DNA of 14,811 nucleotides from an archaeon. Its GTDB lineage: Archaea > Iainarchaeota > Iainarchaeia > Iainarchaeales > Iainarchaeaceae. How positions within the stretch are numbered: the first letter of the stretch is position 1; the number at the start of each line of letters is the position of its first letter. The stretch covers positions 1 through 14,811 of the forward strand of contig DATDXA010000055.1 of assembly GCA_035289485.1 (NCBI GenBank). The letters are read 5' to 3'. The notes below the pieces were generated by a model that worked only from the letters and a program-made list of their open reading frames with translations, was not told the DNA's origin and searched no databases. Positions 1 through 6,784 of the stretch are shown in pieces. The position numbers were made by a program, and so were the translations under genes.

Positions 1-14
1 AACCTGCTTGCCAT
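1..14 (-). CDS. 5' end of a gene running off the window (MASR...), probably the next gene of the leftward operon
   Basis: ATG at 14-12 on the minus strand, preceded by an AGGAG RBS (24-20), 24 nt after the stop of 39..266. Product cannot be determined. Confidence 0.5.
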
Positions 15-38
15 TGTGACTCCTGCCCCCTTTTGCGG

Positions 39-266
39 TCAGCACCCGCCGACCATTTGGTTTGAAAGCGCCGACTGCGCCGGAGCGGAACTTTGGTTTG
101 CCTGATTCACAGCACTTGTGTTGCCCACGGAATCAAACGAACCGAGGCCGGCATTTTGCTGCGCCACTTTTTCGTTCAGGCCTGATAGCTGCATCGCCTG
201 CACTGCCGATATCACGAGAACCAGCCCTACTGCGGCTATTGCCAGATATTCAATTGTTGATGGCAT
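39..266 (-). CDS. Small membrane-anchored protein with C-terminal MVGGC (75 aa)
   Basis: Strong AGGAGGT RBS upstream; N-terminal hydrophobic helix, low-complexity S/A/Q/N linker, terminal MVGGC shared with the upstream gene. Confidence 0.85.
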   Translation of the reverse strand: MPSTIEYLAIAAVGLVLVISAVQAMQLSGLNEKVAQQNAGLGSFDSVGNTSAVNQANQSSAPAQSALSNQMVGGC

Positions 267-305
267 TTTTTTACCTCCTTTTTGTTTAGAATTTGGTTAA
301 GCATT

Positions 306-1181
306 TTAGCATCCTCCAACCATTGCGCCGTTTCCCTGCGCTCCCTTCTCTAGCCCCCTGTATTTGTTAGAGGCGAGATTAATGTAGTTGAACTCCATTC
401 CTTTTTCCTTGAGCACCTGCGCCTTTTGCGCGAGCACTCCTGGGAAGTAGAGCGTTTTCCACTTTCCCAGCTCTTCGAGAATCTGGTCATCCGTGAATTC
501 ATCGGGGTGGTTTTGGAGCAAATATTTTGCAAGCCCGCGCATTGAATAGCTATGGGCGCACCCGCACGCGGCCTTGCCATTTGGGAAAATGATGCTTTCC
601 GCGCCGCAGCAATACTCGCAAGAAATCTGCGAAGCGATTTTGATGTAGCGCTGCTCTTTCTCACCGGTCAGTTCGATGAATTTTCCGCTCTTTTCCTGGT
701 CAAACTGCGAGAGGATTGCTATTGTCCTGTCCGCCTTCTGCGGGTCATTTACGGAAACATCGCCATAGCTCACTCCAAGCTCCTGGCCGTATATTCTCGG
801 GGTGCCTGTTGGCAGGACTTCTGAAAAGCTTGCTGTAACCGGCGCGGCATTTTGCGCATTTGAGCCGCCTTGTGCGCGTGCCGGGATTATCCCGTGCATT
901 TCATAGTTCATTTTCTCATTGTCTGTCCAGCCGGACATGTTAATTGCGCCGGTTGCCTGGCCGCCGCTTGGGGAAAGTGCTGTTGTTTGGTTTTCCAGAA
1001 GGGAGTTTGCCTGGCTTATCTGGGTGAAATTAAATGCCTGCACTATCACTGCGCCCATCAGCAATGCGCCAATTATCAGAAATGCTGCTGAAGGCTCTTT
1101 CGCGCCCCCATTTTCTTTACTGCTATGTTGGTTGTTACTGTTATGCTGGTTGTTTCCCTCTTTGCAGCAATCATGCGCCAT
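306..1181 (-). CDS. Membrane-anchored Cys-rich putative metal-binding protein (CEYCC...CGCAH) with C-terminal MVGGC (291 aa)
   Basis: Long ORF. Start moved to ATG 1181 because the GTG at 1190 is part of a GAGGTG RBS. N-terminal HDCC plus His/Asn linker, one TM helix, Cys cluster SCEYCCGA-x-ACGCAHS, terminal MVGGC. Confidence 0.88.
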   Translation of the reverse strand: MAHDCCKEGNNQHNSNNQHSSKENGGAKEPSAAFLIIGALLMGAVIVQAFNFTQISQANSLLENQTTALSPSGGQATGAINMSGWTDNEKMNYEMHGIIPARAQGGSNAQNAAPVTASFSEVLPTGTPRIYGQELGVSYGDVSVNDPQKADRTIAILSQFDQEKSGKFIELTGEKEQRYIKIASQISCEYCCGAESIIFPNGKAACGCAHSYSMRGLAKYLLQNHPDEFTDDQILEELGKWKTLYFPGVLAQKAQVLKEKGMEFNYINLASNKYRGLEKGAQGNGAMVGGC

Positions 1182-1210
1182 CGAATACACCTCACTTTTA
1201 ACTTTTTATA

Positions 1211-1249
1211 CAAAGCTTTACATTTAGTGTAAAGCATTACATTTTTAAA
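1211..1249 (-). promoter_or_regulatory. Promoter-operator copy 1: TATA box (TTTAAAAA, 1249-1242) followed by palindrome GCTTTACA-N5-TGTAAAGC (1215-1235)
   Basis: 1211-1243 is the exact reverse complement of 2958-2990; lies between divergent genes next to a BlaI/CopY-family regulator; TACA/TGTA half-sites. Confidence 0.8.
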
Positions 1250-1293
1250 GGTATCTGGGGTTTGTACTTACAGCGACTAAAAAGGGTGAATTC

Positions 1294-1656
1294 ATGGACG
1301 TTTCGAAAATAAACTTTGGAAAGAAGGGCCTCAACTCAATTGTGGGCGAACTGGAGGCGGACATACTCGAGTGCCTCTGGCAGGGCAATAGCAAGAAGAC
1401 CTGCAGGGAAGTGTACGATTTTGTGAAGAAAAAGAACAAGGTCGCATATACCACTGTCACGGTCACCATGGACAGGATGTTCTCGAGGAACCTTTTGGAG
1501 AGGGATATAGAGAAGGGAAGGGGCGGCCTGAAGTACAATTATGGCGCGAAGGTGAGCAAAGAGGAACTTGCCAACAGGATTTCAAAAAAGTTCGTGAACT
1601 TCCTGAAATCAACCTTTGGCGAGCCTTCAATAGCTTACTTAAAGAAGAATATCTAA
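1294..1656 (+). CDS. BlaI/MecI/CopY-family transcriptional repressor
   Basis: GELEADILECLW...T-x-REV...AYTTVTVTMDRM-x-x-RNLLER...Y is the family winged-helix signature; 120 aa; GGGTGA RBS. Confidence 0.92.
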   Translation: MDVSKINFGKKGLNSIVGELEADILECLWQGNSKKTCREVYDFVKKKNKVAYTTVTVTMDRMFSRNLLERDIEKGRGGLKYNYGAKVSKEELANRISKKFVNFLKSTFGEPSIAYLKKNI

Positions 1657-1679
1657 ATGTATCTATAGGGGTTTTGTAA

Positions 1680-2390
1680 TTGGCTTCAGAACTAGCTTGC
1701 ATAAACAGCTGCGTCATAGGCCAAGGCACCACCATCTCATACCTCAACTACTTCCTGATTGCGGTCATAGTGCTTAGTGCAATAGCCCTGGTTTTTTTCC
1801 ACAGAAAACTTTCCATAAAGCTGAACCTGATCCTCAAATCGGTTTTTCTGACGGCAATTTTTGCATTCCTGATAACACTGGCGCTTTCCTCTGAAAACCA
1901 TTCCATAGGAATATTCAACAGCATCCATCTAATCGCCCTGTTCCTCGTGCTGGCTTTTTTCGCCGCATCCTATATTTTCACCCCGTTCATTGCACAAATA
2001 GGCATGAGGAGAAAGATGGACAAAAAAATCGAGAAGGCACTTGCTGAAGAGGCAACCAAGCTTGGCATCAAGACCCCGGAACTTTACATTTTTGAAGACG
2101 CAAACAAGACTGCATTTGTTGTTTCCGCCTTAAAAAAAACAATCTTCATTTCAACAGGGCTCGTTGAAAGTTTTTCCGGAGAGGAAATTCGCATCGTTCT
2201 AATGCACGAGCTGCTGCACCTCAAAAGCGGCTTTTTCAATGTAAAGAGGTTCTTCCACTCGATAAGGGCGGGTTTTTTCGGGCTTCTCCCTGTGCGTCTT
2301 GAGGAGCTTGACACAATCGAGGAGATGCGCCTTGACAACGAGCTGATGAAAGAAGGTCTTGATATTAAGAAAATACGCCAAAAGCTCTAG
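1680..2390 (+). CDS. BlaR1/M56(M48)-like membrane zinc metalloprotease lacking a C-terminal sensor domain
   Basis: About three TM helices, then AFVV...IFISTGLVE..S.EEIRIVLMHELLHLK (HExxH) and downstream EEMRLD; directly follows the blaI-like gene; TTG start. Confidence 0.82.
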   Translation: MASELACINSCVIGQGTTISYLNYFLIAVIVLSAIALVFFHRKLSIKLNLILKSVFLTAIFAFLITLALSSENHSIGIFNSIHLIALFLVLAFFAASYIFTPFIAQIGMRRKMDKKIEKALAEEATKLGIKTPELYIFEDANKTAFVVSALKKTIFISTGLVESFSGEEIRIVLMHELLHLKSGFFNVKRFFHSIRAGFFGLLPVRLEELDTIEEMRLDNELMKEGLDIKKIRQKL

Positions 2391-2406
2391 CGTTTTATGG
2401 TCAATT

Positions 2407-2916
2407 ATGGCTCGGGCTGGAACAAGAATTTATGGGCGGCACCACAAGGCAGTGGAATTTATTCCCGCAAAAGCCGCAGAAGTATTTGCCTATATAGATG
2501 ACCATGTCAGTTTCTCATCGCATATGAATCAGTCATCATGGATGATGGGCGGGGGCCATATGGGCACTTTAATGGATGCTAAAGAGGGCCGGAAGGTCGG
2601 CTCGCATATAGTGATGAAAGGCAAAGTCTTTGGGATTGCAATATCTCTTGATGAGGTCGTCATACTTCGTGAGCCTCCGCTTGTCAAGGCGTGGGAGACT
2701 GTCGGCACGCCAAAGCTTCTGGTTATCGGCAATTACCGGATGGCGGTTGAAATAGAGCCATCCGCAAATGGTTCGCTGCTGCAGGTATCTATAGACTACA
2801 ACCTGCCAGAGAAAAACGCGTTGATAGGAAAATTATTCGGCGGCTATTATGCAAAGTGGTGCGTGCGGCAAATGATAAGCGGCGTGTGCGACAAATTCTC
2901 GACTACTAAAACATAG
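2407..2916 (+). CDS. SRPBCC/START-like fold protein with His/Met-rich loop
   Basis: I-x-A-x-x-x-EVFAYIDD N-terminal pattern typical of SRPBCC proteins; HMNQSSWMMGGGHM loop. Start moved to ATG 2407 to avoid overlap with the upstream gene. Confidence 0.78.
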   Translation: MARAGTRIYGRHHKAVEFIPAKAAEVFAYIDDHVSFSSHMNQSSWMMGGGHMGTLMDAKEGRKVGSHIVMKGKVFGIAISLDEVVILREPPLVKAWETVGTPKLLVIGNYRMAVEIEPSANGSLLQVSIDYNLPEKNALIGKLFGGYYAKWCVRQMISGVCDKFSTTKT

Positions 2917-2950
2917 CGTCACTGCCTTGCACAAGCTTTTTGAAGATAGG

Positions 2951-2990
2951 TTTAAATAATGTAATGCTTTACACTAAATGTAAAGCTTTG
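2951..2990 (+). promoter_or_regulatory. Promoter-operator copy 2: TATA box (TTTAAATA, 2951-2958) followed by palindrome GCTTTACA-N5-TGTAAAGC (2966-2986)
   Basis: Exact 33-bp inverted copy of 1211-1243; immediately upstream of the GAGGT RBS and ATG 3002 of the long operon. Confidence 0.8.
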
Positions 2991-3001
2991 AGGTTTTGGT
3001 A

Positions 3002-3487
3002 ATGGTAAACTTTTTGCACGGTGAGGAATTGGTGCCTGGATACGAGCCGGGAATGAACCAGTCAAAAGCCGGTGGGCGGCTTAAAGCAAAGACTCTTAAT
3101 TCGCTGAGCGGCCTTTCAGCATTCCTTTCAACAATCGGGAGCTCGTGGAGTGTGTGCCACAGTATCTGCCTCGCGCTCATAACTGTGCTTGCGGGGATTG
3201 GAATAGTGCTAACAGGCATGCCGCTTCTTTTTCTTTTTGAATATAATCTCTATTTGTGGGGCGCGGCGGTCCTGCTGCTGATTCCCTCGGCAATAATGTT
3301 TCTCCAAAACCCCGGGTGCATTTCCAAAAACCTCATGCTGTTCAACTTCGGCGTGATAATCGCAGGAATTCCAACTAACCTTGTCAATCTCCAGCCCTTT
3401 TCCTGGATTGCAGGCGGAACGCTTGTTCTGGCGGCACTTATGATGTTCATCAAGTCAAAATTGGCAAAAAAGGAGGAAAGAAAATGA
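3002..3487 (+). CDS. Multi-pass membrane protein with intramembrane CxxxC (MerC-like metal transporter candidate)
   Basis: About four hydrophobic segments, VCHSICL in the first, further GC; GAGGT RBS before ATG 3002 (ATG 3053 is an alternative start). Confidence 0.68.
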   Translation: MVNFLHGEELVPGYEPGMNQSKAGGRLKAKTLNSLSGLSAFLSTIGSSWSVCHSICLALITVLAGIGIVLTGMPLLFLFEYNLYLWGAAVLLLIPSAIMFLQNPGCISKNLMLFNFGVIIAGIPTNLVNLQPFSWIAGGTLVLAALMMFIKSKLAKKEERK

Positions 3488-3726
3488 TTGACGAAAAAAT
3501 AGTGGCTGCGTTATTTGCAGGGGCAATAGCGATAGGCGCAATGGTGCTGTACTTTTCGGCAACCGGCCAGCCGGACAAATTGGAGAACACGCCATCAAAT
3601 TTTGCGCAATTCACAAGCAACGAAAACCCAGAGGACATCTGCGCAGTGCCTGCAGGAACTGACCCCGGGCAATGGAAAGAGCACTTGGGCCACCATCCTG
3701 ACAAGTACGCACAATGCCTAGAATGA
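3484..3726 (+). CDS. Small membrane-anchored Cys/His protein (80 aa)
   Basis: ATGA overlap with upstream stop, AGGAGG RBS; N-terminal TM; C-terminal DICAVP...WKEHLGHHPDKYAQC. Confidence 0.82.
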   Translation: MIDEKIVAALFAGAIAIGAMVLYFSATGQPDKLENTPSNFAQFTSNENPEDICAVPAGTDPGQWKEHLGHHPDKYAQCLE

Positions 3727-3748
3727 GGAAATGGAGGATAGATGAAAA

Positions 3749-4606
3749 ATGCAAAATGAACAAAAGATTCTCGCAGCAATAGGAGTAGTGGCGGCGCTCG
3801 CAATAATTGCGTTGCTCTACGGCTCACTTTCAATTCAGGATGCATCGGCAAAAGTGCAAGCACGCAACTCCGCGCTTTCGAACCTTGATGCCGGAGGCAT
3901 AGCTCAGCCGGTTACGGCGCCTTCCGAAATCACTATTACCCTAATAACAGACTCAACAAAACAAAATCTCCTAGAGCTCGCCCCGCTGATTTCGCAGCTC
4001 GGGCAAATCCCTGAAATAAAAATCGCCTCCCAGGAAAAACTGGAAGTTGGCTCGGCCGAGGCAAAAGAGCTGATTGAAAAATACACTATTGAAAAAATCC
4101 CCTCCGTTTTGTTGCAGGGCGAGGCCAAAGAATCTGCAGCGCTCACACAGAACTGGCCACAGCTTGGCACAATCGAAGCGGATGGCACAATGGTGCTAAG
4201 GAACATCCCTCCAATATACCTTGAAACAGCCACAGGAAAGATTCGCGGGCAAACCAGGGTAGCATTTATTTCCGTGCCGGATAAAAACGGCGTATTTGAT
4301 GCGGAAGAAGTTTTCACTCAAATACTTCAAAACGCCTTTGGCGTGAATCCGGTTGAAGAGGAGACAATAAGCTACGCTTCACCCAAAGGGAAAGCGCTTC
4401 TATCAAAATACAAGCTGGAAAAAATCCCGACAGTCATACTCTCAGGTGACCTGAACGCATACAGCGGTTTCCCGCAAGCATGGCTGCAGGGCGGAACAGT
4501 GGAAGCGGATGGCAATTACGTATTCAGGAACCTCGAAGCCATCCAGGGAATAAAATATTTCGACATGAATACAAACGAGGTCATCGAAACGGCACGGCAG
4601 CAGTAA
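3749..4606 (+). CDS. Membrane-anchored protein with internal duplication (two thioredoxin-like repeats, no Cys)
   Basis: GGAGG RBS; N-terminal TM; two 51-aa blocks (4055-4207, 4382-4534) with 23/51 identities, each containing KY-x-[IL]-EKIP-x-V. Confidence 0.82.
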   Translation: MQNEQKILAAIGVVAALAIIALLYGSLSIQDASAKVQARNSALSNLDAGGIAQPVTAPSEITITLITDSTKQNLLELAPLISQLGQIPEIKIASQEKLEVGSAEAKELIEKYTIEKIPSVLLQGEAKESAALTQNWPQLGTIEADGTMVLRNIPPIYLETATGKIRGQTRVAFISVPDKNGVFDAEEVFTQILQNAFGVNPVEEETISYASPKGKALLSKYKLEKIPTVILSGDLNAYSGFPQAWLQGGTVEADGNYVFRNLEAIQGIKYFDMNTNEVIETARQQ

Positions 4607-4624
4607 ATTTTTGGAGGGTACAAA

Positions 4625-4834
4625 ATGTTTGGAAAAATCTGGGAAGAAATAAAATCGAGCCACCTCGCCCAAATGGCGGTGTGCTGTTTGTTGCCAGTGG
4701 TTTTGATATTTGGTCTTCAGCTCCTTGGGTTCACGGGCTTTTGGGTTTTCGGCCTTGCCATAGTGGCATGCATAGGTTCACACATCGTAATGGCATACTT
4801 TGCATCAAAGGACGGTGGAAAAGCATGCCACTAG
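4625..4834 (+). CDS. Small two-TM protein, DUF2933-like (CC, C-x3-H-x2-M, terminal CH)
   Basis: GGAGG RBS; HLAQMAVCC, ACIGSHIVM and C-terminal ACH resemble small membrane proteins in copper-related clusters. Confidence 0.75.
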   Translation: MFGKIWEEIKSSHLAQMAVCCLLPVVLIFGLQLLGFTGFWVFGLAIVACIGSHIVMAYFASKDGGKACH

Positions 4835-4950
4835 AATGGGAAAAATACAATCCATGGATAAAGAACGGGTTCTGGCTGCTTGCCTTCGCAATTGCTTTCG
4901 TATTAATGCAGAAGGCAATGCATCCGGGCTGGAAAATATTTGGATATTAG
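4825..4950 (+). CDS. 41-aa single-TM micro-protein (MPLEWEKYNPWIKNGFWLLAFAIAFVLMQKAMHPGWKIFGY)
   Basis: GGTGG RBS at 4814-4818, ATG overlapping the upstream gene end, fills the operon gap, clear TM segment. Confidence 0.62.
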   Translation: MPLEWEKYNPWIKNGFWLLAFAIAFVLMQKAMHPGWKIFGY

Positions 4951-4963
4951 GGAGGAATTGAAA

Positions 4964-5590
4964 ATGAACACTCGTGGAATTATTGGAAAAATCCTGCCAT
5001 ATGCCGGGATACTGCTGATTGTCGGACTTGTTGGCTGGGCGCTAGTTACCACACCAAATGCAAACGGCACCAGTGCAAACATGGACGGCAAAGCCCCCGA
5101 CTTCACCCTTCCGGTGGTCGGGGGCGGACAATTCACGCTTTCCGAATTCCAAGGCAAGAAAAATATCCTCCTTTATTTTCAGGAAGGAATAATGTGCCCG
5201 CCGTGCTGGACGCAGGAAGTGGATTTGGAAAAAATACAATCCGAGTTCAATGCGCTGGACACCGAGATAGTGATGATTACAGTGGACCCGCCAAACGCAC
5301 TGGCGCAGGCAAAAGCACAGTACGGAATCAAAAACACACTCCTCTACGACAACAGCCTGGTCGCATCATCAAAGTATGGCGTCCTTCAGGACAGCATGCA
5401 CCCGGGTGAAAGGCCAGGGCACGTCTTCGTGCTCATTGACAAGGATGGGGAAATCAAATGGCGCTACAGCGCATACAAGCCGCCGGCAAATGGCGACCAT
5501 CACTCCGGTGGAACCGGGGCAATGTATGTGCCGGTTGATTTCGTTTTGGGCAACGTGAAAAACGCGCTCTTGGGCAAGGGTGCAATCTAA
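4964..5590 (+). CDS. Membrane-anchored peroxiredoxin/AhpC-TSA (TlpA/ResA-like) redoxin, CPPC
   Basis: APDFTL...TLSEFQGK...LLYF...CPPC...VLIDKDGEIKWRY; N-terminal TM; GGAGG RBS before ATG 4964. Confidence 0.9.
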   Translation: MNTRGIIGKILPYAGILLIVGLVGWALVTTPNANGTSANMDGKAPDFTLPVVGGGQFTLSEFQGKKNILLYFQEGIMCPPCWTQEVDLEKIQSEFNALDTEIVMITVDPPNALAQAKAQYGIKNTLLYDNSLVASSKYGVLQDSMHPGERPGHVFVLIDKDGEIKWRYSAYKPPANGDHHSGGTGAMYVPVDFVLGNVKNALLGKGAI

Positions 5591-6450
5591 TGATAGATTT
5601 CTTTGCGGCATCAATACTCGCCGCATTCCTGAGCGGGGTTGTGGCATTCTTTGCCCCCTGCTGTATCACATTCCTGCTCCCCGCATACTTTGCGTTCGCG
5701 CTCAAGGAAAAAAAGCAGATACTCAAAATGACACTCATATTCACGCTCGGCCTTGCCACCGTGCTGATACCAATAGGTTTAGGCCTCGCGGGCCTTGGCC
5801 AGCTTGCAACGCAATATCATACCCAGATATTCATCGCAGGCGGCCTGTTCATGCTGCTCATTGGCATATTGACACTTGCAGGGAGGTCAATGGCAATGCC
5901 ATTCAACCCAAAGGCGCCCAGCATGGAGAAGATGGACGGCATCACGGTCTACCAGCTTGGCCTCTTCTCGGGGTTTGCAAGCTCGTGCTGCCTGCCAGTG
6001 CTTGCGGGGGTTTTGACACTTACATTAATCAGCGCCTCTTTCGTTCAGGCATTTTTCCTTGGCTGGGCATACGTTCTTGGAATGGTCATACCTCTTGTCG
6101 CGCTTGCGCTCCTGTGGGAAAAGTACAAGCTCGCAGAAAACCCCCTTATCAAGGGAAAAAATTTCAGCCTGAGATTTTTTGGGAAAAATATTGAAATGCA
6201 CTCAACCAGCTTGCTCGCAGGCACAATGCTAGTAATAATCGGCACATTCACGCTAATCGCAGCATTCACCAACAAAATCACCGCGGCAACCAGCGAGCAA
6301 ATCGCATTTGCCATGTGGCTTAAGGGCCTGCAGGGAAATGCACTGGAAACCGCAAAAATAATTCCTGACTGGCTGTTTTTTATTTTCCTAATCACAGGGA
6401 CAGCGTACCTATACAAAAGAGCTACCAAGAAAAAGGAGGTGGGGAAATGA
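5590..6450 (+). CDS. ccdA: CcdA/DsbD transmembrane thiol-disulfide transporter
   Basis: AFLSGVVAFFAPCC-x-x-FLLPAY and second-half SSCCLPVLAGVL motifs, YVLGMVIP, multiple TMs; coupled to the redoxin gene. Confidence 0.88.
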   Translation: MIDFFAASILAAFLSGVVAFFAPCCITFLLPAYFAFALKEKKQILKMTLIFTLGLATVLIPIGLGLAGLGQLATQYHTQIFIAGGLFMLLIGILTLAGRSMAMPFNPKAPSMEKMDGITVYQLGLFSGFASSCCLPVLAGVLTLTLISASFVQAFFLGWAYVLGMVIPLVALALLWEKYKLAENPLIKGKNFSLRFFGKNIEMHSTSLLAGTMLVIIGTFTLIAAFTNKITAATSEQIAFAMWLKGLQGNALETAKIIPDWLFFIFLITGTAYLYKRATKKKEVGK

Positions 6451-6602
6451 ATTGCTGTGGAGGAGAGCACAAGCATGGCGAGAAAGAGCCAAGCGGCAGC
6501 CAGCACGACAATAATGGTTCGGGGTCGGGCTGGATGCCAATCGCTGCGCTACTTTTGATAGCAGTGTTAGTCGGAGGGCTGCTGTTCGCATTCTTAAAAT
6601 AA
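6447..6602 (+). CDS. 51-aa micro-protein: N-terminal CC/His segment with C-terminal TM
   Basis: Not in ORF track. GGAGGT RBS, ATGA overlap; translates MNCCGGEHKHGEKEPSGSQHDNNGSGSGWMPIAALLLIAVLVGGLLFAFLK. Confidence 0.8.
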   Translation: MNCCGGEHKHGEKEPSGSQHDNNGSGSGWMPIAALLLIAVLVGGLLFAFLK

Positions 6603-6634
6603 ATCTCAAAAAGTGCAACTGAGGTGATGTCAAA

Positions 6635-6778
6635 ATGGCAAAAGATTTGATTTGCGGGATGAACGTGGATGAGAAAACCGCAATGGAAAGTGATTACAAT
6701 GGCAAGGCATATTACTTTTGCAGCGGGCAGTGCAAAAAAAGTTTCGATGGCAATCCATCCAAATATGTGAAAGCGTGA
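6635..6778 (+). CDS. YHS/TRASH-domain metal-binding protein (47 aa)
   Basis: Not in ORF track. GAGGTGA RBS; MAKDLICGMNVDEKTAMESDYNGKAYYFCSGQCKKSFDGNPSKYVKA fits D-x-x-CGM...Y-x-G-x-x-YYFCS-x-x-C-x3-F-x-x-x-P-x-x-Y. Confidence 0.93.
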   Translation: MAKDLICGMNVDEKTAMESDYNGKAYYFCSGQCKKSFDGNPSKYVKA

Positions 6779-6784
6779 TTTGCA

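Noticed and set aside
12..44. TGC-TGA end of the 75-aa gene is in frame with the next ATG, suggesting Cys-Sec or readthrough
   Set aside because: The paralogous MVGGC gene ends in TAA, the downstream gene has its own RBS, no SECIS is evident, and in-frame spacing has a 1-in-3 chance.
1294..2390. Beta-lactam resistance locus
   Set aside because: No beta-lactamase or PBP and no penicillin-binding sensor domain; the context is archaeal and metal/redox-related.
1211..2990. Inverted repeats as transposon ends
   Set aside because: No transposase or recombinase inside, no target-site duplication seen, and both copies sit at promoter positions.
4480..4824. 5' part of the 156-aa ORF 4480..4950
   Set aside because: It overlaps two better-supported genes; only the last 41 codons look real.
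5580..6194. 204-aa alternate-frame ORF and other long shadow ORFs (e.g. 7473..8060, 8118..8555, 6045..6506)
   Set aside because: They overlap genes with clear family motifs and have no recognisable features.
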